Shown: positions 48,125-57,664, counted from the first letter of the stretch. The stretch: 64,000 nt of DNA from Comamonadaceae bacterium (GCA_027490925.1 JAIXXF010000045.1:178116-242115), one strand, 5' to 3'. The notes: generated by a model not told the origin, from the sequence alone. Made by a program: numbers and translations.

Positions 48125-48919
48125 TCAGGCTTTCAGCAGCTCAAAGCGCACCCAGTCTTCCACCTCGCGTTCGCGCCGGTCGCTGCGCAGCCAGTATTCA
48201 CCAGACCACTCGCGGCGCACCCAAAACCCCAGGGCGGGCGCGAACCACAGCGTCTCGGTGCGGGTGTTGTGGTGGCGCCAACGCTCCGGGTGGTCGAACC
48301 AGACGCGGCGGCGCACGCGCAGCGTCAGGTACTCACCGGCGGGCACCCGCACCCGTTCCCAGCCTTGGCCTTCCACCTGGGTTTGCCAGCGCAAGGGGCG
48401 GGCCTCGCCGTCGCGCTGGTGGCTGCCCGCCTCCAGTGGGCCCACGCCGAGTTGCAGTCCGTCGGGCAACCAGCGGCTGGGGGGCGTGTAGCGTTGGGGG
48501 ACGTCGTGGAAAAGTTCTTCTGCCACATGGGTCAGCTGGGTCAGCACCAGGCGGCCTTCGCGCGCGTCGCCATCGATCCGGTAGGTGTTGGACGCAGGCA
48601 GCCTCACGGCCAGCGTGGCAGCGCCGTCAGGCCCGGTGCTGAGCACGCGGTGGCTCGCCTCGCCAACCACGAGCTGGTTGTACAGGTTGGTGACGCCAAA
48701 TTGCAGGGTCTGTCCCACACTGAGCTGGCGCACCGCAGGCTGCAGCGGGGGCGGTTCGAACACCGGTTCGGCGGCGCAACCGGCCAGCCAAGGAAGGGCG
48801 GCCGGTGCTGCCGCCAACGCGGCGCAGCGGACGGTTTGACCCAGCCAGTCCCGGCGGCTGAGCGCATCGGCGCCGGTGGGTTGCGGCAAGTGGGCCAAAG
48901 GCGTGGCATGGGATCGCAT
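48125..48919 (-). CDS. hypothetical Tat-signal lipoprotein
   Basis: Twin-arginine motif SRRDWLG followed by lipobox LAGC. The Arg/Trp/Glu-rich body has no motif I recognise. Start is ATG 48919 or ATG 48949. Confidence 0.6.
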   Translation of the reverse strand: MRSHATPLAHLPQPTGADALSRRDWLGQTVRCAALAAAPAALPWLAGCAAEPVFEPPPLQPAVRQLSVGQTLQFGVTNLYNQLVVGEASHRVLSTGPDGAATLAVRLPASNTYRIDGDAREGRLVLTQLTHVAEELFHDVPQRYTPPSRWLPDGLQLGVGPLEAGSHQRDGEARPLRWQTQVEGQGWERVRVPAGEYLTLRVRRRVWFDHPERWRHHNTRTETLWFAPALGFWVRREWSGEYWLRSDRREREVEDWVRFELLKA

Positions 48920-49037
48920 GGCGGGGGCTCCTCGGGGGCGGCTGTCCATGTGCGGCACCTGTTCAGACTGCCGCCATGGGCAGGTTGTAGCACACGGGTC
49001 GGCCGCCTGTCGGTGGGGCATTCGTCACAATGCCAAC

Positions 49038-50390
49038 ATGACCCAGACCCTTGTCCCCCAGCAACCAGTGCGGCCCACCGACGCCGCCAGTGCCGCCCAT
49101 TTCCTGCGCCACTTGTTTCAGGTGGCGGTGCAGCGTGCGCAGCCGGCGCACTGCATGGCCGACGCGGTACGGGCCCTGGCCGCTGGCCACCAGGGCCGCA
49201 CGCTGGTGCTGGGCGCTGGCAAGGCCGCCGGGGCGATGGCACAAGCGCTGGAGCGCCAGTGGCCCGCCGACCAGCCCCTCACCGGGCTGGTGGTCACCCG
49301 GTACGGTCACACACCGCCCCGCGAGGCGGGTGTGCCGCAGCGCATTGAGGTGCTGGAAGCGGCGCACCCGGTGCCCGATGCCTCTGGACTGGCTGCCGCC
49401 GAACGCATGCTGGCCATGGCCCACGGCCTGAGCGCCAACGACCTGGTGCTGTGCCTGATCTCGGGTGGTGGCTCGGCCTTGCTGACGCTGCCCGCCGACG
49501 GCCTAACCCTGGCCGACAAACAGCGCATCAACCAACAGCTGCTGGCCAGCGGCGCGGGCATCGGTGAGATGAACACCGTGCGCAAACACCTGTCGCGCAT
49601 CAAGGGCGGTCGGCTCGCCGCGGCCTGCGCACCGGCCCGGGTGGTGACCCTGGCGATCAGCGACGTGCCGGGCGACGACCCCTCCACCATCGCCAGCGGG
49701 CCCACGGTGGGCGACACCACCACCTGCGCCGACGCATTGGCCATCTTGCAGCGCCACCGCATCGACCTGCCCGACGCGGTGCGCCAAGCCTTGCAAAGCG
49801 GTGCGTTGGAAACCCCCGACCCCGCCGACCGGGTGTTCCAGGGCCACCGACTGATGGTGGTGGCCACACCGCGCCAGTCGCTGCAGGCCGCCGCTGAGGC
49901 CGCGCGTGCCGCCGGGGTGGCCGCCCATGTGCTGAGCGACGACTTGGAAGGCGAATCCCGCGAGGTGGGCAAGGTCCATGCGGCGCTGGCGCGGGCTGTG
50001 GCGCAGCATGGCCAGCCGTTCGCCCGCCCGTGTGTGCTGCTCAGCGGTGGCGAGACCACCGTGACCCTGCGGCCGCAACCTCCGGGGGCCACGAAGGGCC
50101 GGGGGGGGCGGGCCGGTGAGTTTTGCCTGGGGCTGGCCCAAGCGCTGCAAGGGCAGGTGGGCGTGTACGCGCTGGCGGCGGACACCGACGGCATCGACGG
50201 GGTCGAAGACAACGCCGGGGCTTGCGTTGCCCCCGACACGCTGGCCCGTGCGGCGGCCCTGGGACTGAGCGTCAACGACCACCTGGACCGCAACGACGCC
50301 TACCGTTTCTTCGCTGCCCTGGGCGATCTGGTGGTCACTGGGCCCACGCACACCAACGTGAACGATTTTCGTGCGCTCCTGATTTTGTAG
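49038..50390 (+). CDS. glycerate 2-kinase / hydroxypyruvate reductase-like protein (DUF4147 + MOFRL)
   Basis: LVLGAGKAAGAMA, ISGGGSALL and a MOFRL-type C-terminus (LLSGGETTV ... TDGIDG ... TGPTHTNVNDF). Confidence 0.88.
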   Translation: MTQTLVPQQPVRPTDAASAAHFLRHLFQVAVQRAQPAHCMADAVRALAAGHQGRTLVLGAGKAAGAMAQALERQWPADQPLTGLVVTRYGHTPPREAGVPQRIEVLEAAHPVPDASGLAAAERMLAMAHGLSANDLVLCLISGGGSALLTLPADGLTLADKQRINQQLLASGAGIGEMNTVRKHLSRIKGGRLAAACAPARVVTLAISDVPGDDPSTIASGPTVGDTTTCADALAILQRHRIDLPDAVRQALQSGALETPDPADRVFQGHRLMVVATPRQSLQAAAEAARAAGVAAHVLSDDLEGESREVGKVHAALARAVAQHGQPFARPCVLLSGGETTVTLRPQPPGATKGRGGRAGEFCLGLAQALQGQVGVYALAADTDGIDGVEDNAGACVAPDTLARAAALGLSVNDHLDRNDAYRFFAALGDLVVTGPTHTNVNDFRALLIL

Positions 50391-50432
50391 CAATTGAGGT
50401 CCATTCAGCGAGGGCCAGAGGCATAAATCAGC

Positions 50433-51092
50433 ATGACAACCGTAGAAACACTCGCCAGCGTGCTGAATTTCTGGTTTGGCCGAACGGGGCGTCCCCGTGT
50501 TGACGTGACCGGTGGTAAAGAGCGTGACGACAACGAAGAGAACGACGCCGCCATTGCCGCTCGCCAGGCAGCGCTCTGGTGGCGCAAAGACCCGGCGACG
50601 GACGTCGCCATCCGCGATCGTTTTTTGGGGTGGTCCGAGCGCGCGGCGGCTGGCGCGCTGGACCCCTGGGCCGCCACGGCGCAGGGCTGGCTTGCCCTGA
50701 TCGTGCTCACCGACCAGTTCCCGCGCAACATGTACCGCCACACCGCGCAGGCGTTCGCCTTCGATGCCGTCGCGCTGCGGTGGTGTCGCCAGGGCTTGGC
50801 CCGCGGCCTGGACCAGGCCCTGCGGCCGATCGAGCGGGTGTTTGCTTACCTGCCACTGGAGCACTCAGAAGGCCTGGCCGACCAGAATCGCGCTGTGGCC
50901 TTGATGCGTGCGCTCGCCCACACCGTGCCGCCCGTGCAGGCGGATGTGTTCCATGGCTTTTGCCGGTTCGCGGAGCGGCACCAGGCGGTGGTGGCCCGCT
51001 TCGGCCGCTTCCCTCACCGCAACGCCGCCCTGGGCCGACCCAGCACCGCCGAGGAATTGGCTTTTTTGCAAACCCCTGGTTCGTCGTTCTGA
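50433..51092 (+). CDS. DUF924-family protein
   Basis: VLNFWFG..., LIVLTDQFPRNMYR, PLEHSE and RFGRFPHRN, as in DUF924. Confidence 0.85.
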   Translation: MTTVETLASVLNFWFGRTGRPRVDVTGGKERDDNEENDAAIAARQAALWWRKDPATDVAIRDRFLGWSERAAAGALDPWAATAQGWLALIVLTDQFPRNMYRHTAQAFAFDAVALRWCRQGLARGLDQALRPIERVFAYLPLEHSEGLADQNRAVALMRALAHTVPPVQADVFHGFCRFAERHQAVVARFGRFPHRNAALGRPSTAEELAFLQTPGSSF

Positions 51093-51164
51093 GCGGGCGG
51101 CGCGCGTTCCCAGGCGTCGTGGGCGCGGTCTACACTGCGCCTGCACGCCTTCAGCGCCTCCACC

Positions 51165-53735
51165 ATGCCGCCCTCTCCCAAGACCCGGCGCCCACGCACA
51201 GCGTCCGCCGCCCCCGCTGCCCCTGCCACCGTGGTTGTGGCCCGCCAGCCGGCGGTCCCGGCCAACCCGCCGCCCGCCAGTCAGGCCAGCAGCGTGGCCG
51301 AGGCCTGGTTGCGCTCGCGCGGCTGGAAGCCGTTTGATTTCCAGCGCGAGGTCTGGCGCGCGGTTGCCGCAGGGCAAAGTGGCCTGTTGCACGCCACCAC
51401 CGGGGCGGGCAAAACCTACGCGGTCTGGCTGGGCATGGTGCAGGCCCTGCTGGCCGCCTTGCCACCCGGGCGGGCGGCGCCACCGATCAGCGTGCTGTGG
51501 ATCACCCCCATGCGGGCGCTCGCCGCCGACAGCTTGAAGGCTTTGCAGACCCCGCTGGCCGAGCTGGCCCCGCACTGGACCCTGGGCCTGCGCACCGGGG
51601 ACACGCCAAGCGGCGAGCGCGCGCGACAAGACCGGCGCTGGCCGACGGTGCTGGTCACCACGCCCGAGTCGCTGAGCCTAATGCTTTCGCGCGAAAGCGC
51701 CCCCACCGAACTGGCCCATGTGCGCTGCGTGGTGGCCGACGAGTGGCACGAGCTGATGGGCAACAAGCGCGGCGTGCAGTTGCAGCTGGCACTGGCCCGG
51801 TTGCGGCGCTTGAACCCGCGGCTCATGACCTGGGGCCTCAGTGCCACCTTGGGCAACTCGGCCCAGGCCATGGCGGTGCTGTGCGGCGCGCCACGCGTTG
51901 GGCAGGTGGCGCCAGTGCTGGTGCGTGGCGAGGTGGACAAAAGCCTGGTCATCGACACCTTGCTCCCGCCCCACCCGGGCCAATACTCGTGGGCTGGGCA
52001 CTTGGGTGCCCGCATGCTGCGCCCCGTGCTGGACGAGATTGCCCAATCGGGCACCACGCTGGTGTTCACCAACACCCGGTCGCAGGCCGAAATCTGGTAC
52101 CAGTTGTTGCTCGACGCGCGTCCCGACTGGGCGGGCGAGATCGCCTTGCACCATGGCAGCCTGGACAAAGACGTCCGCGCCTGGGTGGAGGCCGGTTTGA
52201 AAGAAGGGCGCCTGCGCGCGGTGGTGGCCACATCGTCGCTGGATCTTGGGGTGGACTTTCTGCCGGTGGAGCGGGTGCTGCAGATTGGATCGGCCAAAGG
52301 CGTGGCGCGGCTGCTGCAGCGCGCAGGCCGCAGCGGCCACGCCCCAGGGCGGCCCAGTCGCGTGACCCTGGTGCCGACCAACACGCTGGAAATCATCGAG
52401 GGCGCAGCCGCCCGGGTCGCCGCCCAGGCGGGTCGGATCGAACAACGGCTCGCGCCCGAGAAGCCGCTGGATGTGCTGGTGCAGCACCTGGTCACGGTCG
52501 CGTTGGGCGGTGGCTTTGAGCCCGACGCTCTGTGGGCCGAGGTCACCACCGCGTGGTCTTACCGCGACCTGACGCGGCCCGAGTTCGACTGGGCGTTGGC
52601 GTTCTGCGAACGCGGTGGCACCAGCCTGACCGCCTACCCCGACTACCACCGCGTACAGGCCGACGCGCAAGGCATTTACCGGGTGCCTGACCGCGGCATT
52701 GCACGCCGCCACCGGCTGGCGATTGGCACCATCGTCAGCGACGCGTCGATGCAGGTGAAATACCTCAATGGCACCAAGGTCGGTACGGTGGAAGAGGGCT
52801 TCATCGCCCGGCTGCGCAAGGGCGATTGCTTCGTGTTCGCTGGCAGGCTGCTGGAGTTCGTGCGGGTGCACGAGATGGCGGCGCTGGTGAAGAAAGCCGA
52901 GAAAAACAAGGGCACTGTGCCCACCTGGCAAGGCGGCAAGATGCCGCTGTCCACTGAAATGGCCGACGGTGTGCTGGCACTCATGGCGAGCGCCAGCGAA
53001 GGGCGATTCGATCACCCGGAGCTGCGCGCCGCGCAAGCCATGCTGGACACCCAAGCCCGGGTGTCGCGCTTGCCGACGCCTGGCACCCTGTTGGTGGAGC
53101 GTTGGGCCTCCAAAGAGGGGCATCACCTCTACTTCTACCCGTTCGCGGGTCGGCAGGTGCACCTCGGGTTGAGCAGCCTGTTGGCTTACCGCTTGGCCCG
53201 CGACCAACCCAACACCTTCAGCATGTCGGTGAACGACTATGGGTTCGAGCTGCTCAGCCCGGAGCCGGTGGCGTCGGAGCGCGTGGCGATCGATGAACTG
53301 TTCCGTCCCGATGGACTGCTGGACGACGTGCTGGCTTCGCTCAATGCCTCTGAGCTGGCGCAGCGGCGTTTCCGGGAAATCGCCCGCGTGGCCGGTCTGG
53401 TGTTCAGTGGTTACCCAGGTGCCCCCAAGAGCATGAAGCAGTTGCAGGCGTCCAGCGGCTTGTTCTATGAGGTGTTCAAAAAGTACGACGCGAACAACCT
53501 GTTGTTGAACCAGGCCGAACGCGAGGTGCTCAGCCAAGAACTGGAGTTGGACCGTCTGCAACACACCCTGGACCGGCTGCAGCGCCAAACCATGGTCCAG
53601 GTGGTGTTGGCGCAGCCCAGCCCCATGAGTCTGCCGCTGATGGTGGAGCGGCTGCGCGAAAAGCTGAGCACCGAAAGCCTGGCCAGCCGCCTGGACCGGC
53701 TGCTCAAAGACCTGGGTGCCAGCGCGTCGGCATGA
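51165..53735 (+). CDS. Lhr-like 'ligase-associated DNA damage response' DEXH-box helicase
   Basis: Walker A TTGAGKTY, the DEWH box (VVADEWHEL), motif VI QRAGRSGH and a long Lhr-type C-terminal region (856 aa). Confidence 0.88.
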   Translation: MPPSPKTRRPRTASAAPAAPATVVVARQPAVPANPPPASQASSVAEAWLRSRGWKPFDFQREVWRAVAAGQSGLLHATTGAGKTYAVWLGMVQALLAALPPGRAAPPISVLWITPMRALAADSLKALQTPLAELAPHWTLGLRTGDTPSGERARQDRRWPTVLVTTPESLSLMLSRESAPTELAHVRCVVADEWHELMGNKRGVQLQLALARLRRLNPRLMTWGLSATLGNSAQAMAVLCGAPRVGQVAPVLVRGEVDKSLVIDTLLPPHPGQYSWAGHLGARMLRPVLDEIAQSGTTLVFTNTRSQAEIWYQLLLDARPDWAGEIALHHGSLDKDVRAWVEAGLKEGRLRAVVATSSLDLGVDFLPVERVLQIGSAKGVARLLQRAGRSGHAPGRPSRVTLVPTNTLEIIEGAAARVAAQAGRIEQRLAPEKPLDVLVQHLVTVALGGGFEPDALWAEVTTAWSYRDLTRPEFDWALAFCERGGTSLTAYPDYHRVQADAQGIYRVPDRGIARRHRLAIGTIVSDASMQVKYLNGTKVGTVEEGFIARLRKGDCFVFAGRLLEFVRVHEMAALVKKAEKNKGTVPTWQGGKMPLSTEMADGVLALMASASEGRFDHPELRAAQAMLDTQARVSRLPTPGTLLVERWASKEGHHLYFYPFAGRQVHLGLSSLLAYRLARDQPNTFSMSVNDYGFELLSPEPVASERVAIDELFRPDGLLDDVLASLNASELAQRRFREIARVAGLVFSGYPGAPKSMKQLQASSGLFYEVFKKYDANNLLLNQAEREVLSQELELDRLQHTLDRLQRQTMVQVVLAQPSPMSLPLMVERLREKLSTESLASRLDRLLKDLGASASA

Positions 53736-53852
53736 GCCGGGCTGGGCAGCGCGTGGGGTGTCGCGCCGTCTGTGGCTTCGATCGGACGGTGGCCCGCCCG
53801 CGCGCCGCCAAGGGTCACCCCTCAGGGGTTGTGGGGCAGCCGCTGTCGGGTG

Positions 53853-54605
53853 TCAGTTGCGTGGGCCGCAAACCGCGCACCCCGCTTGCCGGGGCAAGCG
53901 CATCTCGGTCCAGGCCATGTGGCGGCCATCGAGCATTTGCAGGCGCCCGGCGAGCGACTGGCCGGTCGGTACCAGCAGCTTCAGGGCTTCAGCCGCTTGC
54001 ATGGCCCCCACAATGCCGACCAGCGGTGCGAACACGCCGAGGGTCGCGCAACGCGTTTCCTCGAAGTGGGCGTCAGCGGGGAACACGCAGGCGTAGCAGG
54101 GGGAATCGGCTTGGCGCGGGTCGTAGACCGTGACTTGGCCATCGAATCGAATCGCTGCGCCGGACACCAGCGGCTTGCGGTGTTTCACGCAGGCGGCATT
54201 GACCGCATGGCGGGTGGTGAAGTTGTCGCAGCAGTCCAGCACCACATCGGCGTCCCGCACCAGCGCGTCCAACTCCTCCGCACCAGCGCGCGCCACCACC
54301 GGCATCACCCGCACGTCGGGGTTGATCGCCTCGATGGAAAGCCGTGCGGACTCGGCCTTGGGCATGCCCACGCGTGCGAGGGTGTGGGCGATTTGGCGTT
54401 GCAGGTTAGTGGCGTCCACCGCGTCGTCGTCGACGATGGTGAGGCGACCCACCCCGGCCGAGCCGAGGTAAAGCGCCGCGGGCGACCCCAACCCGCCCGC
54501 GCCAATGATCAGCGCGTGGGAATCTAGCAGCCGCTCTTGACCGCTGTCACCGATCTCGTTGAGGAGGATGTGGCGCGAATAGCGCAGCAGCTGTTCGTCG
54601 TTCAT
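53853..54605 (-). CDS. moeB: molybdopterin-synthase adenylyltransferase MoeB / ThiF-family E1-like enzyme
   Basis: YSRHILL, GAGGLGSP, NLQRQI, and CxxC pairs (CYACVF, CAVCG). Confidence 0.9.
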   Translation of the reverse strand: MNDEQLLRYSRHILLNEIGDSGQERLLDSHALIIGAGGLGSPAALYLGSAGVGRLTIVDDDAVDATNLQRQIAHTLARVGMPKAESARLSIEAINPDVRVMPVVARAGAEELDALVRDADVVLDCCDNFTTRHAVNAACVKHRKPLVSGAAIRFDGQVTVYDPRQADSPCYACVFPADAHFEETRCATLGVFAPLVGIVGAMQAAEALKLLVPTGQSLAGRLQMLDGRHMAWTEMRLPRQAGCAVCGPRN

Positions 54606-54654
54606 GGCCGCAGCGCCGCGTCACCAAGTCCCGCCGCGCATGGCGGCTGGCACA

Positions 54655-56091
54655 TCAGTTGTCTTTCTTCTCGTCCTTTCGCTCGGTCTGCGTTTTGCTG
54701 ACCAGCACCGGGCGTCCTTTGAGCTTGTTCAGCGCTTGGGCGAGCTGAAAGTCTTTGTCGCTGCCGAATTCGGGCGGGCGCCGCTCTGAAGCGGGCTTGC
54801 GGGACTCTTCTTCCAGCTTCTGGCGGGCTTCCTCGCGGGCTTTCTCGCGCGCAAGGTCTTTCTTTTCTTCGCCCTGGCCGCTGCCCAAGTGCTTTTCCAG
54901 GTCGGCTTCCCGGGTGCGCAGTGCCGCGAAAATGTTGCCGTCTTCGGTCTCGTCCACCATCACGTCTGGCAAGATGCCCTTGGCCTGAATGGACTTGCCG
55001 CTCGGCGTGTAGTAACGCGCGGTGGTGAGCTTGAGCCCCGTGTCGGGGCCCAAGGTGCGCACGGTCTGGACCGATCCCTTGCCAAAGGTTTGAGTGCCCA
55101 TGATGGTGCCGCGTTTGTGGTCCTGGATGGCCCCGGCGACGATTTCGCTGGCCGACGCCGATCCTTCATTCACTAGCACCACCAGGGGCACGTTCTTGAT
55201 GGCCGCAGGCAGGCGTTTCAGCGGGTCGCCGTTGCTGCGGCGCTGGTAGAACTCTGGCGCGGCGCGGTAGACGAATTTGCTTTCGGCCAGTTGGCCGTTG
55301 GTGGACACCACCGTCACGTTTTCAGGCAGGAAAGCGGCCGAGATGGCCACCGCGGCGTCCAACAGGCCGCCCGGGTCGTTGCGCAGGTCCAGCACCAAAC
55401 CGCGCAGGTTGGGCTCGGCGCGGTAAATTTCTTCCGTTTTGCGAACGAAGTCATCCACCGTGCGGTCTTGGAATTGGCTCACGCGAATCCAGGCGTAACC
55501 GGGTTCCACCACTTTGCCCTTGACGCTCTGGGTCTTGATTTCCTCACGGGTGATGGTCACCGGGAAGGTGCGGCTCTCGTCTTTGCGGAAGACGGTCAGG
55601 TTGACCTTGGTGCCAGGCTCGCCACGCATGCGCTTGACCGCGTCGTTCAACGACAGCCCTTTGACGGCGGTGTCGTCGATTTTGGTGATCAGGTCGTTGG
55701 GCTTGAGGCCCGCGCGGAAAGCGGGGGAGCCTTCGATTGGCGACACCACTTTGACCAGACCGTCCTCCTGGCTGATCTCAATCCCCACGCCCACGAAGCG
55801 GCCCGACGTACCTTCACGGAATTCCTTGAAAGCCTTTTTGTCGAAGTATTGGGAATGTGGGTCGAGGCTGGCGACCATGCCCGCGATCGCATCGGAGATC
55901 AGCTTTTTCTCGTCGACCGGTTCCACATAGTCGCTCTTGACCATACCAAACACCGCCGCGAGCTGTTGCAGTTCTTCCAGTGGCAGCGGCGCGAGGGCGC
56001 CGCGCGCCATGGTTTGGAGCGATACCGTGGTCAGCGCACCGGCCAACGCACCGACCGACACCCAACCCGCAATTCTCAAGTTTTGACGCAT
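54655..56091 (-). CDS. ctpA: carboxy-terminal processing protease (S41) CtpA
   Basis: Signal anchor, PDZ region (GVGIEI...GSPAFRAGLKPND), catalytic GSASASE and TFGKGSVQ. ATG 56091 is preceded by AAGAGG. The 200-aa upstream extension in the track overlaps gpmA and is spurious. Confidence 0.93.
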   Translation of the reverse strand: MRQNLRIAGWVSVGALAGALTTVSLQTMARGALAPLPLEELQQLAAVFGMVKSDYVEPVDEKKLISDAIAGMVASLDPHSQYFDKKAFKEFREGTSGRFVGVGIEISQEDGLVKVVSPIEGSPAFRAGLKPNDLITKIDDTAVKGLSLNDAVKRMRGEPGTKVNLTVFRKDESRTFPVTITREEIKTQSVKGKVVEPGYAWIRVSQFQDRTVDDFVRKTEEIYRAEPNLRGLVLDLRNDPGGLLDAAVAISAAFLPENVTVVSTNGQLAESKFVYRAAPEFYQRRSNGDPLKRLPAAIKNVPLVVLVNEGSASASEIVAGAIQDHKRGTIMGTQTFGKGSVQTVRTLGPDTGLKLTTARYYTPSGKSIQAKGILPDVMVDETEDGNIFAALRTREADLEKHLGSGQGEEKKDLAREKAREEARQKLEEESRKPASERRPPEFGSDKDFQLAQALNKLKGRPVLVSKTQTERKDEKKDN

Positions 56092-56393
56092 AAATAGAAC
56101 CTCTTCGCGCTGCAATATACACCTTGGAAAGCCGGCTGCAGCGCGGGTTCCCACAACGTCACCGGGGGGCACAGGGGCATCGCGCCCCGGCATGTTTCGG
56201 GTGGTGCCCGACCCGCGCACTGGTGGCATGTGTTGCCGGTCTCGCCACAGGTTTCGGCCCCGCTTTCGACCCAGCGTTTGACTCAGCCTTCGACTGAGCC
56301 GTTGCGCCAACGTTCGCCAGGGCATTGGCTTCAGCGGGCGCACCTCAGAGCCGGTTGGTGCGGCATCCGGCGGCGGTGCCCTGTCGGGCTGGC

Positions 56394-57137
56394 TCAGCCC
56401 TTGCCTTGCGCCGCTACCGCCGCGGCGGCCCGTGCCGCCGCCTCGGTATCGCCCAGGTAGTAGTGGCGGATGGGCTGGAGGTTCGCGTCCAATTCGTAGA
56501 CCAAGGGGATGCCATTGGGGATGTTCACCCCGACGATGGCGTCGTCGGCGATGCCGTCGAGGTATTTCACCAACGCGCGGATCGAGTTGCCGTGCGCCGC
56601 CACCACCACCTTTTTTCCCGCGCGGATGGCCGGTCCAATCGACTCGTTCCAGAACGGCAGCACCCGCGCCACGGTGTCTTTCAGGCATTCGGTCAGTGGA
56701 ACCTGCTCGGGGTTGAGCTTGGCGTAGCGCAGGTCACCGCGCTCGCTGCGCGGGTCGGTTGGTTCCAGAGCGGGGGGGGGCGTGTCGTAGCTGCGCCGCC
56801 ACACCAGCACCTGCGCGTCGCCGTACTGCTTGGCCATGTCGGCTTTGTTCAGGCCTTGCAGGGCCCCGTAATGGCGCTCGTTCAGACGCCAGCTGTGCAC
56901 CACCGGCAGCCAGGTGCGGTCCATCTCGTCCAGCGCGTGCCACAGGGTGTGGGTCGCCCGTTTGAGGACGCTGGTGTAGGCAAGGTCGAAGTCATAGCCC
57001 TCGGCCTTGAGCAGGCGGCCGGCGTTCTTGGCTTGGTCCACGCCGGTGGCGGTGAGGTCCACGTCGGTCCAGCCGGTGAAGCGGTTTTCAAGATTCCAGG
57101 TCGATTCGCCGTGGCGGATCAGCACGAGTTTGTACAT
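56394..57137 (-). CDS. gpmA: 2,3-bisphosphoglycerate-dependent phosphoglycerate mutase
   Basis: [10 protein letters not shown] and the histidine phosphatase fold ([10 protein letters not shown]). Confidence 0.95.
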   Translation of the reverse strand: MYKLVLIRHGESTWNLENRFTGWTDVDLTATGVDQAKNAGRLLKAEGYDFDLAYTSVLKRATHTLWHALDEMDRTWLPVVHSWRLNERHYGALQGLNKADMAKQYGDAQVLVWRRSYDTPPPALEPTDPRSERGDLRYAKLNPEQVPLTECLKDTVARVLPFWNESIGPAIRAGKKVVVAAHGNSIRALVKYLDGIADDAIVGVNIPNGIPLVYELDANLQPIRHYYLGDTEAAARAAAAVAAQGKG

Positions 57138-57241
57138 GGGGTTCCCCGAGAAAGCCGTTGCAAATTCAAAGATCAACTCGGCATTCTAAAATCTTGGGTT
57201 GCGCGGACGGCCGCGCCGACCCTGGAACCACAAGGAATCAT

Positions 57242-57664
57242 GTGAACTTCATCCTCGACAACCTGATGCTGCTGTCTGTGGCCGTCACCTCGGGTGGCCT
57301 GCTGCTGTGGCCTGCGATCAAGGGCGCCACCGCGTCTGGCTTGACGCCAGAGGCCGCGGTGCAACTGATCAACCGCGAGAAAGCGGTGGTGATCGACGTC
57401 AGCGAACCCGAAGAGTTCGCGAAAGGCCGCATCGGGGCATCCAAGAATGTGCCGTTTGGCCAGGTCGAGGACAAGCTCCCAGGCGTGGTGAAAAACAAGA
57501 CCCTGCCGGTGATCTTGGTGTGCCCCACGGGGGCCCGCGCCAACCGTCTGCTGGCGGCGGTGAAAAAGCTGGGCTACGAGCGCGCCCAAACCTTGGCGGG
57601 CGGGCTCAACGCCTGGAAAGCAGCCAACTTGCCCCTGATCAAAGACGACGCCAAAAAAGCCTGA
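57242..57664 (+). CDS. membrane-anchored rhodanese-domain protein (YibN-like)
   Basis: GTG 57242 follows AAGGAA. N-terminal TM helix NLMLLSVAVTSGGLLLW and a rhodanese active-site loop CPTGARA. Confidence 0.85.
   Translation: MNFILDNLMLLSVAVTSGGLLLWPAIKGATASGLTPEAAVQLINREKAVVIDVSEPEEFAKGRIGASKNVPFGQVEDKLPGVVKNKTLPVILVCPTGARANRLLAAVKKLGYERAQTLAGGLNAWKAANLPLIKDDAKKA

Noticed and set aside
46516-48642. 708-aa + ORF across the pap2, HAD and lipoprotein genes
   Set aside because: It crosses three motif-supported minus-strand genes and their intergenic gaps, with an extreme Arg/Gly/Pro/Ala composition.
51678-53588. 636-aa minus ORF opposite the Lhr-like helicase (and 62597..63814 opposite nadA, 29913..31232 opposite hemW)
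   Set aside because: All are antisense shadows of genes with clear catalytic motifs.
56092-56688. 200-aa in-frame N-terminal extension of ctpA (track ORF 54655..56688)
   Set aside because: The extension is Arg/Gly/Pro-rich and overlaps gpmA on the same strand in another frame. A good SD (AAGAGG) precedes ATG 56091, which begins a normal signal anchor.
56772-56780. Homopolymer tracts inside coding regions (G9 in gpmA at 56772-56780; G8 in the glycerate kinase gene at 50101-50108; C8 at 1308-1315)
   Set aside because: They encode Pro/Gly runs in frame within conserved housekeeping genes. Phase variation of such genes is implausible. They are noted only as potential sequencing-error hotspots.
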